A stretch of 63,715 nt of DNA, the filler included, from Choristocarpus tenellus KU-1152 (taxonomy: Eukaryota > Protista > Phaeophyceae), in NCBI GenBank assembly GCA_964200185.2. It is 10 parts of 10 records of this genome, joined end to end, with 100 filler letters (N's around TTAATTAATTAA, not from the genome) between each part and the next. Parts side by side here need not be neighbours in the genome. Positions count along the whole stretch, not along the records: positions 34,346 to 38,895 come from CAXNAD020014040.1; positions 38,996 to 49,154 come from CAXNAD020003114.1; 8 more parts are not named here. One strand, given 5' to 3'. Each line of letters opens with the position of its first letter. Positions within the stretch are counted from its first letter, which is position 1. The position numbers were made by a program, and so were the translations under genes. A model generated the notes under the pieces. That model had not been told where the DNA came from and searched no databases. It worked only from the letters and a program-made list of their open reading frames with translations. Shown in pieces: positions 35,698 to 46,099 of the stretch.

Positions 35698-38151
35698 GGT
35701 GGGACGAAACGCAAGGGTGCCCCTGGGACTGAGGCCAGACCAAGGGGCAGACGGCAGCGGTTGACTGAAGTAAGGAGAGCAGATGAAGGTGAGCTGTTTG
35801 AATAGGGAAGGGGGGAAATATATATATTTTTTCAACTGATTTGGAAATATGATGCCATGGTGGAAGTGGATCTTGCTTCTGAATACACATATCCTCTATT
35901 TGGAGCCCTTAATTGAGTCCTGAGCTGTCACACGCTACTATAGACACACATTTCCCCCCTTGTTGGTTGGTTACTGTTACTGTTATACATGAGGTAGACG
36001 GGGACTTGGGTCCTCTCCTTCAGAAGCCCTTGGAGAGCAAGTTGTTTGCCCATGGTGTGGAGAGTGTGAAAAAAAGGGCGAGGTCGAGTAGGGTGGAAAT
36101 AGCAGCACCTGCAGAGGTCTGGCCAGAGGTTGCAGAGGCTTTGGTTCCCTCGCCGGAGAGGCTGCTACTAGACCGGCGACTTAAGGAAGTATTGGAGAGC
36201 ATTTCAAACTGGAGGTATGAAAAATCTTGGTGTGGAAAGTAGCAGGAATTTCGTTTTGTTTGGTATGATTCTTCCGATATTTTTGTGAAGAACGCCTTCC
36301 ATTTATCTTAAACTTGGGGGGGTGTGTGTTTTATTTTGTATATAGTTCAATACATTTTTTGGGAGTTCACATAAGATCATTTTCATGCAAATGTATATAT
36401 TTATTTATTATATAGAACTGTACCTAAATTTGAGAACATTTTTTTCGTGAGTTGGGGCTTGAATCCTCTCTGTAGGGGAGCAGTATCTTTTGAGTGTGTA
36501 ATGCTGGGAGATGGGTAAGGCAAAGAAGGACAGGAACAAACTCTGATATTGCAGGTTCCTCTGCCATCCCCTTCTGCCAGCATTCCACACTCCTTTGGCA
36601 AATATCTTGTTCCACAAGGTGAATCACAGGACAGTGTATAATGAAAGTATGTTTTGACCTGTACGAAGATCTACTCGGATTCCCTATCATAGATGGCTGA
36701 ACAGGGTGAATACAAACAACCCCCCCCCCCACCGCCACAAACCTCTGCTGCCCCAAAAGTTAGCATCTCCAAGCGCAACGATTGTTTCAGTCTGCTACAT
36801 GTTAAAAAAAGAACGTATGGTAGGTATCTATATACATTGTACATTGTATCTGTTGCAGAAGCTCTAGTACTGAATTGTCGTGAGGAAATATCATCGGAAG
36901 AGAAGGTTAAAAAAAGCTCCAAGCATGCACATGTGCGTGAGGTGGAGATTATACAGGCAGTCATTCAAAACCCTGGATTCGATTTTTTACATTTTTTTTC
37001 CCCCTTGAACAAATTTGTAAAAATAGACAGTCCATAAACTTGCGATACTGAGAACCTGTGTGAAGGACTTACTACCCAGGCACCTACTAAACAAGGACAG
37101 CAACCTTTTTGGGGTGGTCGACTAGAGTTGTGCACCTTCAAAGTGTGCCCAAAATTGCAACATCGCAAAATTGCGCAGGTTCAACAAGAGAAGCCACTTG
37201 AGTGACGAAACAATATTTGCCTCACTTCGTGATTCATACATTTTAACCCCCTTCCTCCCCTTACCCATACCTGCTTTGGCACAATGACACATATTTGCAA
37301 CTTATTGTACGTACGTAAACACAGGGTGCCTGTATCGAGCGTGGAGTCTCCTGAGATGTGGAAGACCATTGATGAGCGTGGCACCCGCCTCTTGAGAGAA
37401 CTCTTCATCCAGATCCCAACAAAGGAGACCTACCCCGAGTACCATCAACGGGTCAGGCAGCCAATGGACCTACAGACAATGGCTATCAAGGTGAGGTCAT
37501 TTTGAAGGTACAATCTGCAGCTATTTTGTTTATCAAGTGTGTGTTGGTATAGTGAGGTTTGAGTTGTACCTGGGAAGGCATGAGCCATAGAGCTGTGGGA
37601 TAGCTTTGTTGTATCAATTCTATTTTGTGCTGAATGTTTTGAAACATTTGACTGACAGAAACTTGACCTTTTTCCTTCTTGTCCAAGTCCCGACCTCTCC
37701 ATCCTTGAGCACGATACAGATATTCAAATCCTTGTATGTTCTCTATGCCTATACATTTCAGGTTTTACAAAGAAGCTACAATGATTGTGGTGAGCTTGAG
37801 ACTGATTTGGCCCTCATGTTGGCCAATGTCAAGAAGCTCGGCAAACCTATAGTGAGAAAGGGATTGCAGTTCCCCATAAATTTTTGAGATGTCCCTCATA
37901 GCAGGCTATGGTGAAATTTGAGCTATCTTCAAACCATCGAACGTATGGGATTTTAAATCTCCCTCTTTTGTCATCCTTTCTTTCCTGTTGCAATATGAAA
38001 GTACTGATTTAAAAAACAAAACATATATCAATGATTTTGGACTTTGTTCTACTAAAATATATATAATTTATATTGTATGTCTGAACAGGTGGAGAAGTAC
38101 TGCAAGGAGCTGCTGCGACCGACCAAAGCCGCCATAAAGAGGACCTCCAAG
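35698..38151 (+). CDS. Bromodomain-containing protein, partial. Exons 35698-35788, 35998-36214, 37325-37490, 37762-37851, 38089-38151
   Basis: LRELFIQIPTKETYPEYHQRVRQPMDLQTMAIK|VLQRSYNDCGELETDLALMLANVKKLG matches the bromodomain ZA loop and helices A-B. GT-AG introns are phase-consistent. Confidence 0.78.
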
Positions 38152-38599
38152 GTATAATTTTACATGGTGGAGTCATAGTGTTACGGTAGTCCAAAAATGA
38201 TATCCCAATTGTGAGGAATTTGTTTGGTGGTATTGTATGACTGTGGGAGAAAATGATGTCATTTTGGGTGAAAAATATACTGTCAGTGGATACCTTCATA
38301 GAATTGCACCGACTCCTTATGATTTAAGATGGAAAAATCGGGAACTTCCAGGAAAGGTTGGGAGTCCACCAAAGTATCTTGTGGAATATGTATTGGAGGG
38401 ATTTATTTGGTACATTTGTTCTTATATATATTTATGTATTATTATTTTATTTTGCTAACTTTTTTCCACTCTGTACTCGAAAGCTAGACAATGCCTATAA
38501 CTGGGGATCCATAGAAAATATCAACGCTAAGATTGCCTTGAAACTATCTCTATACCAACAACCAACAACAGTGCTCAAAGCAGGAGAACTTGTTGTGTT

Positions 38600-38857
38600 G
38601 AGTGAAAGAATCTTAGAGGGTACGATTTTTGCCCTGTTTGTCGATTTGGGGCTTGGCTTCCCACGGGTTTTTGACGACATATTACCTGCTCCAAATTGTT
38701 TCAGGGTAGGTAAAATGTGTATGTTATGAAGGAAGTGTCCAGAACAAGGATATTGACATCTCCTAACAAACATGATAGTCAAAATTGCATCGAAATTGTA
38801 ACATTGGATTTTGGCCCCCAAATGGACGCAGCTCTACCCTCTAAGATACTTTGACTC
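38600..38857 (-). mobile_element. MITE family A copy 3
   Basis: GAGTGAAAGAATCTTAGAGGGTAC...TACCCTCTAAGATACTTTGACTC. Confidence 0.92.
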
Positions 38858-38859
38858 TG

Positions 38860-38895
38860 AACCCAAAGTATCTGGGGGGGGGGGGGGGGGGGGGG
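38860..38895. mobile_element. MITE family B/C end abutting MITE-A, running into poly-G and the contig break
   Basis: CCAAAGTATCTGGGGGG. Confidence 0.6.
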
Positions 38896-38995
38896 NNNNN
38901 NNNNNNNNNNNNNNNNNNNNNNNNNNNNNNNNNNNNNNNTTAATTAATTAANNNNNNNNNNNNNNNNNNNNNNNNNNNNNNNNNNNNNNNNNNNN

Positions 38996-39041
38996 ACGGA
39001 CACCCCCTCACAAACCACCCCCCCCCCAGATACTCTGACCC
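38996..39041. mobile_element. MITE family B/C end at contig start
   Basis: CGGACAC...CCCCCCAGATACTCTGACCC. Confidence 0.7.
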
Positions 39042-40799
39042 AGCACTTTTTCCAACAGCAGATCTCCCATCTCTCAAGGGGTGCTTTTTGCTGAACCTTG
39101 TCCAAACTGTGACCCTCTCCTCTTTCTCAGTCCTTGTCCTCGTGTCCAACATCAACCTCGCCCTCTTGACTGCAGCTTGTCTTGGTTCATCTGGCCTGTC
39201 TTGCCTGGCGATTCTCTTGGCCACACTTGCCTGAACTGAACCACACCGCCTCAGAACATCACTACTCACGTTGTTGACACCTGTGAATTCAGATAAAGGG
39301 TGTATAAAGGCAAGACATTGACATCGTGCCTGCCTCGATTGCTAGAGGACTCCGTCGCCAGCAGGAATACCCTGCCAATTTTTCCGAAGAGACCAAATAG
39401 TAAGAGGAGAAGATACCAATAAAACAAGGTCTACGCAAGACACGGAGTAATCTGAACCATGATTAATGACTCGGGCACCATCATCTACTCCTCTAATCCA
39501 TCCTCCTCGTCTTCCAACAACTCAGAACATACAGATTATAGACAAGGGTCATTCCCAATCCATCCCGTGAATCATCAGAATGGTCCAGGCAAAGGATTGT
39601 TGCCATCCTTTGAGCATCATGTTAGCTCAGGTGATTGACACCCGACCTGTCCATTTCACGCCACTCCACTTTGCTCTCCCTTTTCAACAGCTCGGGAGAT
39701 GATTGTGTTGCAAGATTGTTTTGGTGATGCTGTACCTAGCTTCATCGCACACTCTGTGAACAAGTGAGTGAGAAATAACAATGTGCCACCCGAATGGCTT
39801 AGGGATCTCCTAAAAGTGGATTCAGCACATATCATGTAAGAACAACTGTTGCAGGTCATAACGTGATGCCATGAAAACTCGTACCACACCAGAGGGAAGT
39901 CAGCTTAGGTATTCCACCTTCCAACCTACTGACTAGTTTTGCAATTATAGGTTCTGGAGAGAAAGATTTACCACTGTTATTTTTCGAATGGCATGGCATG
40001 GTGCTATAACCTTGCACCCTTGCCAATACAGGTCTGCATCCCCAGAGACCACTAAGGCCGATGTGTCAAATTTTGACCGAAACATTTGCATCACCCCACT
40101 ACTGAAACATTCTATTTCAAGGCCTTGTGTGGTACAGTGTGGAATATTGTTCAACTAGCAACTTGGTCAGATTGTTGTCTTCCCCCGATACCCTAGTTCC
40201 AATAACCCTTCCAACCTCATGGGGTGATGTCCAGAAGGTGGTCGATTAATGTGCTCACATCCCCCTGTGCTGTGAGTGCGTTTTGGTCCGTAGACTACCA
40301 TCCTTGAAATAGGAGGAGACTGAGCCAATCGATTCGCTCTATGTTGTACCACAACCACAAATCGTTCTCTAGATATATTTGTCAAACCAACCCCCCCGTC
40401 GGACGGTGTTGACATGACCACCCTACATTGTGCAACTAGGAAATCACGCTTGTGGGAGATGAATTACTCCCTATAATTTGTCTTGAACAAATCCGTGAAG
40501 AGGTTGCCACTGTATTTGCTCAGACAAGATGCAGGCTTTCTGCAATCCTTGATTGATAAGAACAGCATCTCTTGTTCCACAACACCTCATGTACCATTCC
40601 AGCAACACATTCATCACACGACAAGGAGTCCCACACGACAAGTACTGGTTACAGGTGCTAGTCCTTCGTCCTCTGTGGTTCATGCGCAATTTGATTTTGA
40701 GCCTGCATCCATCCGTTTTTATAAATAGCACAATATACCAGTTGGTCATGAAATCACCCTCTGTTGTTGCACAACAGCTTACAGCCATCCCTTGATATA

Positions 40800-43310
40800 C
40801 AACCAAGGTAGAGTGGAGTCAATTTTACAATCCATAGAGAGCTCACCCCCGTACTTGAGAACTGATGACTTGTGTTAACTCTATGGAAGACCTAGGCATC
40901 ATTGAAAAACGTGCCAGCCCCTGGGGTAGTCTTGTTACCATGTTTGCCAAGTCTGATGGCTCTACAAGTTTCTGTATGGACTACCGCTCGACTGTTAACA
41001 TGAGCATCTTGTTAGACGTAATTTATGCCTGGTACGGAATCATGTATTGGTATTATGGCTGTTCCCAGACTTACCACCATTTGTGATATTCAGCGTTCGT
41101 ATTGGCAGAGTCCAGTTGCTGAAGCTGATATTGATATAATTGCTTTTGCCACATTCAGAGCCGAATTTCAAGAGGGTGCCGTTTGGGATATAAAATACTC
41201 CTTGGCAGTTGCGAAGTCTTTGCCCCGTTTAGTGGTTTGCTCATTTACATGGATGATTTGATTGCTTGTTCTTCTCACCTAGGAAGGACATCTGCATCTT
41301 CTAAAGCAGCAGTTAATAACTTTATAAGCAGCAGGTTAACCGTCAAAGGTCCAATATGGGTCTAAAGAAGTCCGTTATTTGGGTCATGTTTATCGTTTGA
41401 AGGAATATATATTATGAAATATCGGGTTCGTGCCATCACCGAAATACCTTAATCCGTCGCTATCAAAGAACATCATTCTGTCCGAGGTGTGGTTAACTTT
41501 GTGTGTCGTAAAATTATACCCAACCTAGCCACATTCATCGAATTGTTATTTCGTCTTACCCGAAAAGTTGTCAGTAAGAACATTGCCAAAGAACGGCAAA
41601 TGCACCAGATGGTACTTTCTAAAGTGAAAATATTACTTACTGCAGCCACTGTTCTAATTTTTCTTGACCTTACCAAAGAGAAGGTCGTCTATACTGATAC
41701 CAATGAGAGTGGTGTCAGAGTGTTTTAGTGTAACCTCAAGACGATAATCCTAATGATCTAGGTATCATTGCTTACGTCAGCGAGAAATTAATGAAGCTCA
41801 ACATCACTGTTCAGCTACGATGAGAGAGTGTTGGCATGATCTGTAATGCAGGCAAAGCGTCTGCTCCAGAGATGTGGACACCAAAGAATGATAGCGATAA
41901 TGACTGCATTGTGTTGACCACTTTTTATTCAATGCGCAGGATATCAGTAATATGCTTACTCGTTGATCTACCGCACTTCAAGCTTATTATGATTTCACTG
42001 TCAGAGTGAAAGTATCTTCGAGGATACGAGTTTTGCCCTGTTTGTCCGTTTAAGGATTGATTGACTTCGCACGGATTTTATAATGACATTTTCCTACTCC
42101 GAAACATTCATTTCGGAGTAGGTAAAATCTATATACATTATGATGAAAAAGTGTGTCCGGAACAAGGATATTGACACTTCCCAACAAACACGATAGATAG
42201 CTAAAATTACATCAAAATCGCAACGTTGGATTCTGTCCCCAAACGGACACAGCTGTACCCTCTAACATACTTTGACTCTCAAATACAAGCCTTGTTGTAG
42301 CTAAATTTTATATCTGGCACTCTATCTTGTAATATCAAGTTCCAAGAACAGGAGAAATAGGTTGCTGCAATGCTGGAACCCATCTGTCGTAATATAATCA
42401 GTGTTATTTCGTTCACATACTGCACATATTCAAAAGGAATATGAGTATTCTGCTTCTCACCTTGACCAAGCAACCCCCGTCCAAAGTGGTAGTGGTATAT
42501 TTACTAGTCCCACTACTACAATTCATACAGTGGGCCCTGAGGAGATCAAGGAGCCGGAGCCCGAGTTTGGACCATATTTCAAGCATTCACAGACCCTCAA
42601 TGTCGTCCTACCACCTGATCAGAAAAACCATCACACATATGTCATATTTTCCCCTTCGTAATGGGTTACTCTGTCAATTGCATTTATCAGGCCATCTTTG
42701 TGAAAGGAGCATATTTGGAAGCCAATTGGTTGTTCCTCGGTCGAATGTTCATTGTGTACTCCACGGCTGGCTGCCATGATCGTTCTTTGTCTGAGGGGCA
42801 CTTAGGTTTGAAACCCACATTTGATAAGGTTACAGACTCGTAGTGGTGGCCGACTTTCCCCATTGATGTTCGCACATGGTGGTGCCACGATTGTTGGGCA
42901 TGCCAAACATGTTGATCCAGCCATAACAGCTGTTCTTCCTACTCGGTACATGCGTTGACAGATCATTTCAAAGAACACAAAACACGTTCCCCAGGAGCAA
43001 AGGATATCATTTTCTGGTGCGTCTTGTCTGTTTGTAATCACCTCACTCGTTTTTGTTGTGCTGTGCCGTGTTCCTAGTAGAACTGCTCACTCGAGTTGTT
43101 ACACTCTGATCAAAGTATCGAATTTGAGAATAGTTGTTACAGAACTGCAGTCCATCTTCAGTCACAAGAAAACCAAACCACTCCTTATCACCCTCAAAGA
43201 AATTATCTGCTAAAGAGAGTACATGCTACACCTACGTTATATTCGAATACCTAGCAGTGTATACCTCCGTTGCTGAGGATAAATAGGCATCGTTACTGCC
43301 TTTTCGTACA
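40800..43310 (+). mobile_element. Degenerate Gypsy pol (RT, RNase H, integrase); probable gag/protease debris upstream from ~39350
   Basis: ASPWGS..AKSDGS..FCMDYR, YWQSPVAEAD, LIYMDDLI, VNFVCR.IIPN, VYTDTNE, DFTV|KYKP, CHD...GHLGLKPTFDKV...WWP...DV..WC. Confidence 0.85.
42004..42278 (-). mobile_element. MITE family A copy 4, in Gypsy RNase H
   Basis: Both TIRs present. Removing the element plus the duplicated TCA restores GAT TTC ACT GTC AAA TAC AAG CCT (DFTVKYKP). Confidence 0.92.
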
Positions 43311-43321
43311 GTTTGTCCATA

Positions 43322-43721
43322 CAGTGGAGTGCACAGGGGAGCCCCCTTTCCGAGGAACCCACCCTGGTCTTGGGAACCACCACTGTCATTATTTTTTCAC
43401 TTCTTCAAACAAAGCATAGGGTTATTTCTACAAAATAGGTCAGAGTTAGGGCTAGTGTTAGTTTTTCGAAAGTTTGTCTGAAAAAATGAAAAGTGGTGGA
43501 TTTTGACACGTGGTGTGGTTCCCCAGTGCACACTGTATTGCTGCACCATTTCTTCTAGAATTTTTCCTTGGCTGGGAAGGGATATTTTTCACTCACAATT
43601 TAGGGACAGGGTTAGGTTTATGTTTGGTGATAGGCTTAGGTTTCGAAAATGGATCCTAAAGGTGAAATAATATCACAGTGGTGGTCCCCGAAGACAGAGG
43701 GATCCCCTATACACTGCACCA
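43322..43721. mobile_element. MITE family D (Tc1/pogo-like CAGTG end, TA on the left)
   Basis: Imperfect TIR CAGTGGAGTGCACAGGGGAGCCCCCT / GAGGGATCCCCTATACACTGCACCA, plus subterminal IR GTCTTGGGAACCACCACTGT / ACAGTGGTGGTCCCCGAAGAC. Confidence 0.65.
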
Positions 43722-43727
43722 CTACCC

Positions 43728-43987
43728 GAGTCAAAGTAGTTTAGAGGGTAGGGCCACGTCCATTTGGGGACCAAAATCCAATGTTGCCATTTTGATGTAA
43801 TTTTGGCGATCATGTTTGTTAGGAAGTGTCAATATCCTTGTTCTGGACGCACCTTTTCAGAACGCATACATTTTACCTGCTCCGAAATACTTTGGAGTAG
43901 GTAAAATGTCATTAAAAAGCCCGTGGGAAGCCAAGCCCCAAACGGACAAACAGGGCAAAACTCGTATCCTATAAGATACTTTTACTC
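43728..43987 (+). mobile_element. MITE family A copy 5
   Basis: GAGTCAAAGTAGTTTAGAGGGTA...TAAGATACTTTTACTC. Confidence 0.92.
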
Positions 43988-45101
43988 TGCCTTTAATGCA
44001 AAGTTGCCTGAAACCCGGTTTTTCGTTCTGTTTAGAAGACAAACTCGTTTACCTGTTGATATTATTCTTGGTGCGTCTAATGCTGATTCAGATGCTACTA
44101 CTTGAAGGCCTTACTCAGCAGGTCAAATTTCAATTTTTCAGCTTATATTTGAGTTGGCATGCCAAAACCTTCATAGACACTTTAGAAAATCACAATGTGT
44201 CAACCAAAGTATTGTATTTCCCGTTTTCGTACCTAGTGCTAGAGTTCTATTCATAGTTCATTGGTGACATGAGAGTAGTGATAGTGGTTACTTCACCCTT
44301 GAAGGGGTCCGTAAAAAATGCATTCTAAATATCACCTATCGTGTCCAGGGTTGTATTACAAGGAAACCTACATGCATTTCCGTTAGTTTGGGTAGAATAA
44401 AAAGTTACAACCCACAATTCCAACTTCTCACACCAGACTTGAATGACCTGGATTATTTGTTCTGGGGAAATCGCCTCCCTTGCAGGACGTAGACTATCAA
44501 GCCATTCAACCCGTTATTGGTCAGTACACTATTGAGAACATTGCTGGGCATGGACCTGGTCCTAGTTGTCGATCGTCAACAAATATTATATGTAGCCTTC
44601 GTCTTTTGTGGTATGGATCTCTTGTGACTTTCGTAAGAGAGCAGAATGAATCCCACAATGTCGAGAACTGAATGTACCCTATGGTGTTGGCAGTTGCCTC
44701 TAGGACAAAATTTGTCCTGCTCTAACTTTTGATCAGAGTCGAATTTTTTGTCGAATAAAGCTTGATGTGACCCTTAAAGCACTCCTAACGTTTTTAGATA
44801 GGTTCGAGTTGGTTGTGGTGCGATTGGCGAGAAGGCGATTTTCCTCACTAAAATAAAGTTAGACATCCGTACGTCCGTCGTCCAGTATCGGGCTTGGAGG
44901 GCTGTTTCTCCTCTCCCAGGACGATTTTTTTTCACGGGAGAAGAAGAGTCGTGATCCTCCATGTCTCATCTATCTGCGTGTAATCCTAAACCCTTCATTA
45001 TTATTGTAGCTCCACTGTTATGCCTAAACGCTCATCAGGCAGCAGCCAGCCAGTCAGCCTTCAAAACACTCCAAAGAAACCTATTGTTCACACCTCACAT
45101 A

Positions 45102-45359
45102 GAGCCAAAGTATCTTGGAGGGTAGAGCCACGTCCATTTGGGGGCCAAAATCCAATGTTGCGATTTCGATGTAAATTTGGCCATCGTGTTTGTTAGGAAG
45201 TATCAATGTCCATGTTCTAGACACACCTTTTCATAACAGACACGTTTTACCTACTGAAATATTTTGGAGTAAGAAAATGTCCTAAAAAAAAACATGGGAA
45301 GCCAAGCCCCAAACGGACAAACAGGGCAAAACTCGTACCCTCTAAGATACTCTTCACTC
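45102..45359 (+). mobile_element. MITE family A copy 6
   Basis: GAGCCAAAGTATCTTGGAGGGTA...TACCCTCTAAGATACTCTTCACTC. Confidence 0.92.
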
Positions 45360-46099
45360 AACGTCGTGGATCCTTTTGGCGCCAGCGAAATGAAACGCGT
45401 GTGCAAATTGTGCGTGAGTCCTACCAACCACAAGGATTCGAGTCCTCCAGCCAGTGACAACACGGTGACGAAGCGCCATGATAACAAGAACAAGGGCGAG
45501 GAGAAGGTGCTGCAAAATAGATCTACAGAGAAAGTCGCGTCCTACAAGTCTCACGGTGCCGACAATCGTAAATGCTTGAGCTTTGCAGAGAAGGTGGAGG
45601 CGTTGATACTCCTGAAGACCATGACGGGAACTGCGATTGCTCAAAAGTTTGGAATCGGTCACAGGACCCTCTAAAAGTTGAAGGAGGCAACAACCATCAT
45701 GGAGAAAGTGCCCACGCTGAAGCATGACACCAAGTCTACGAGGGGTGCCAAACATGCCGAGGTGCGTTAACACGTGGATAGAATGTCGGGAAGTAGGTTG
45801 ATTGTGATCGTGATTGAATTGTCTTTCTGAACTATCTGCTGATGAAGATCATGATTTTGATTTTTATAATTTTACGCGCATTTCTGTCGTACTGTACTGT
45901 CTGTATTGTGTACTGTAGTATCACGGGCGTCTATTTTTCTCGTTGAAGTACGTCCCACAAGGGGTCCCTATATATTAATGAGGATCTTTCCGATGCTCTT
46001 GATTCTCTATACCTCAAACCCGGCGGAAAACCGTTTCAGGTTTTCATCGACGGGACGAGAGCGTGGATCGATGTGGAAGACAATAATGAAGTTGGCCAA
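45360..46099 (+). mobile_element. pogo/CENP-B-like transposase fragment (HTH_psq), apparently intron-containing, truncated by a Copia insertion
   Basis: RKCLSFAEKVEAL...IAQKFGIGHRTL*KLK...KSTRGAKHAE followed by a GTGCGT donor; a second piece follows TTTCAG near 46040. Confidence 0.6.
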
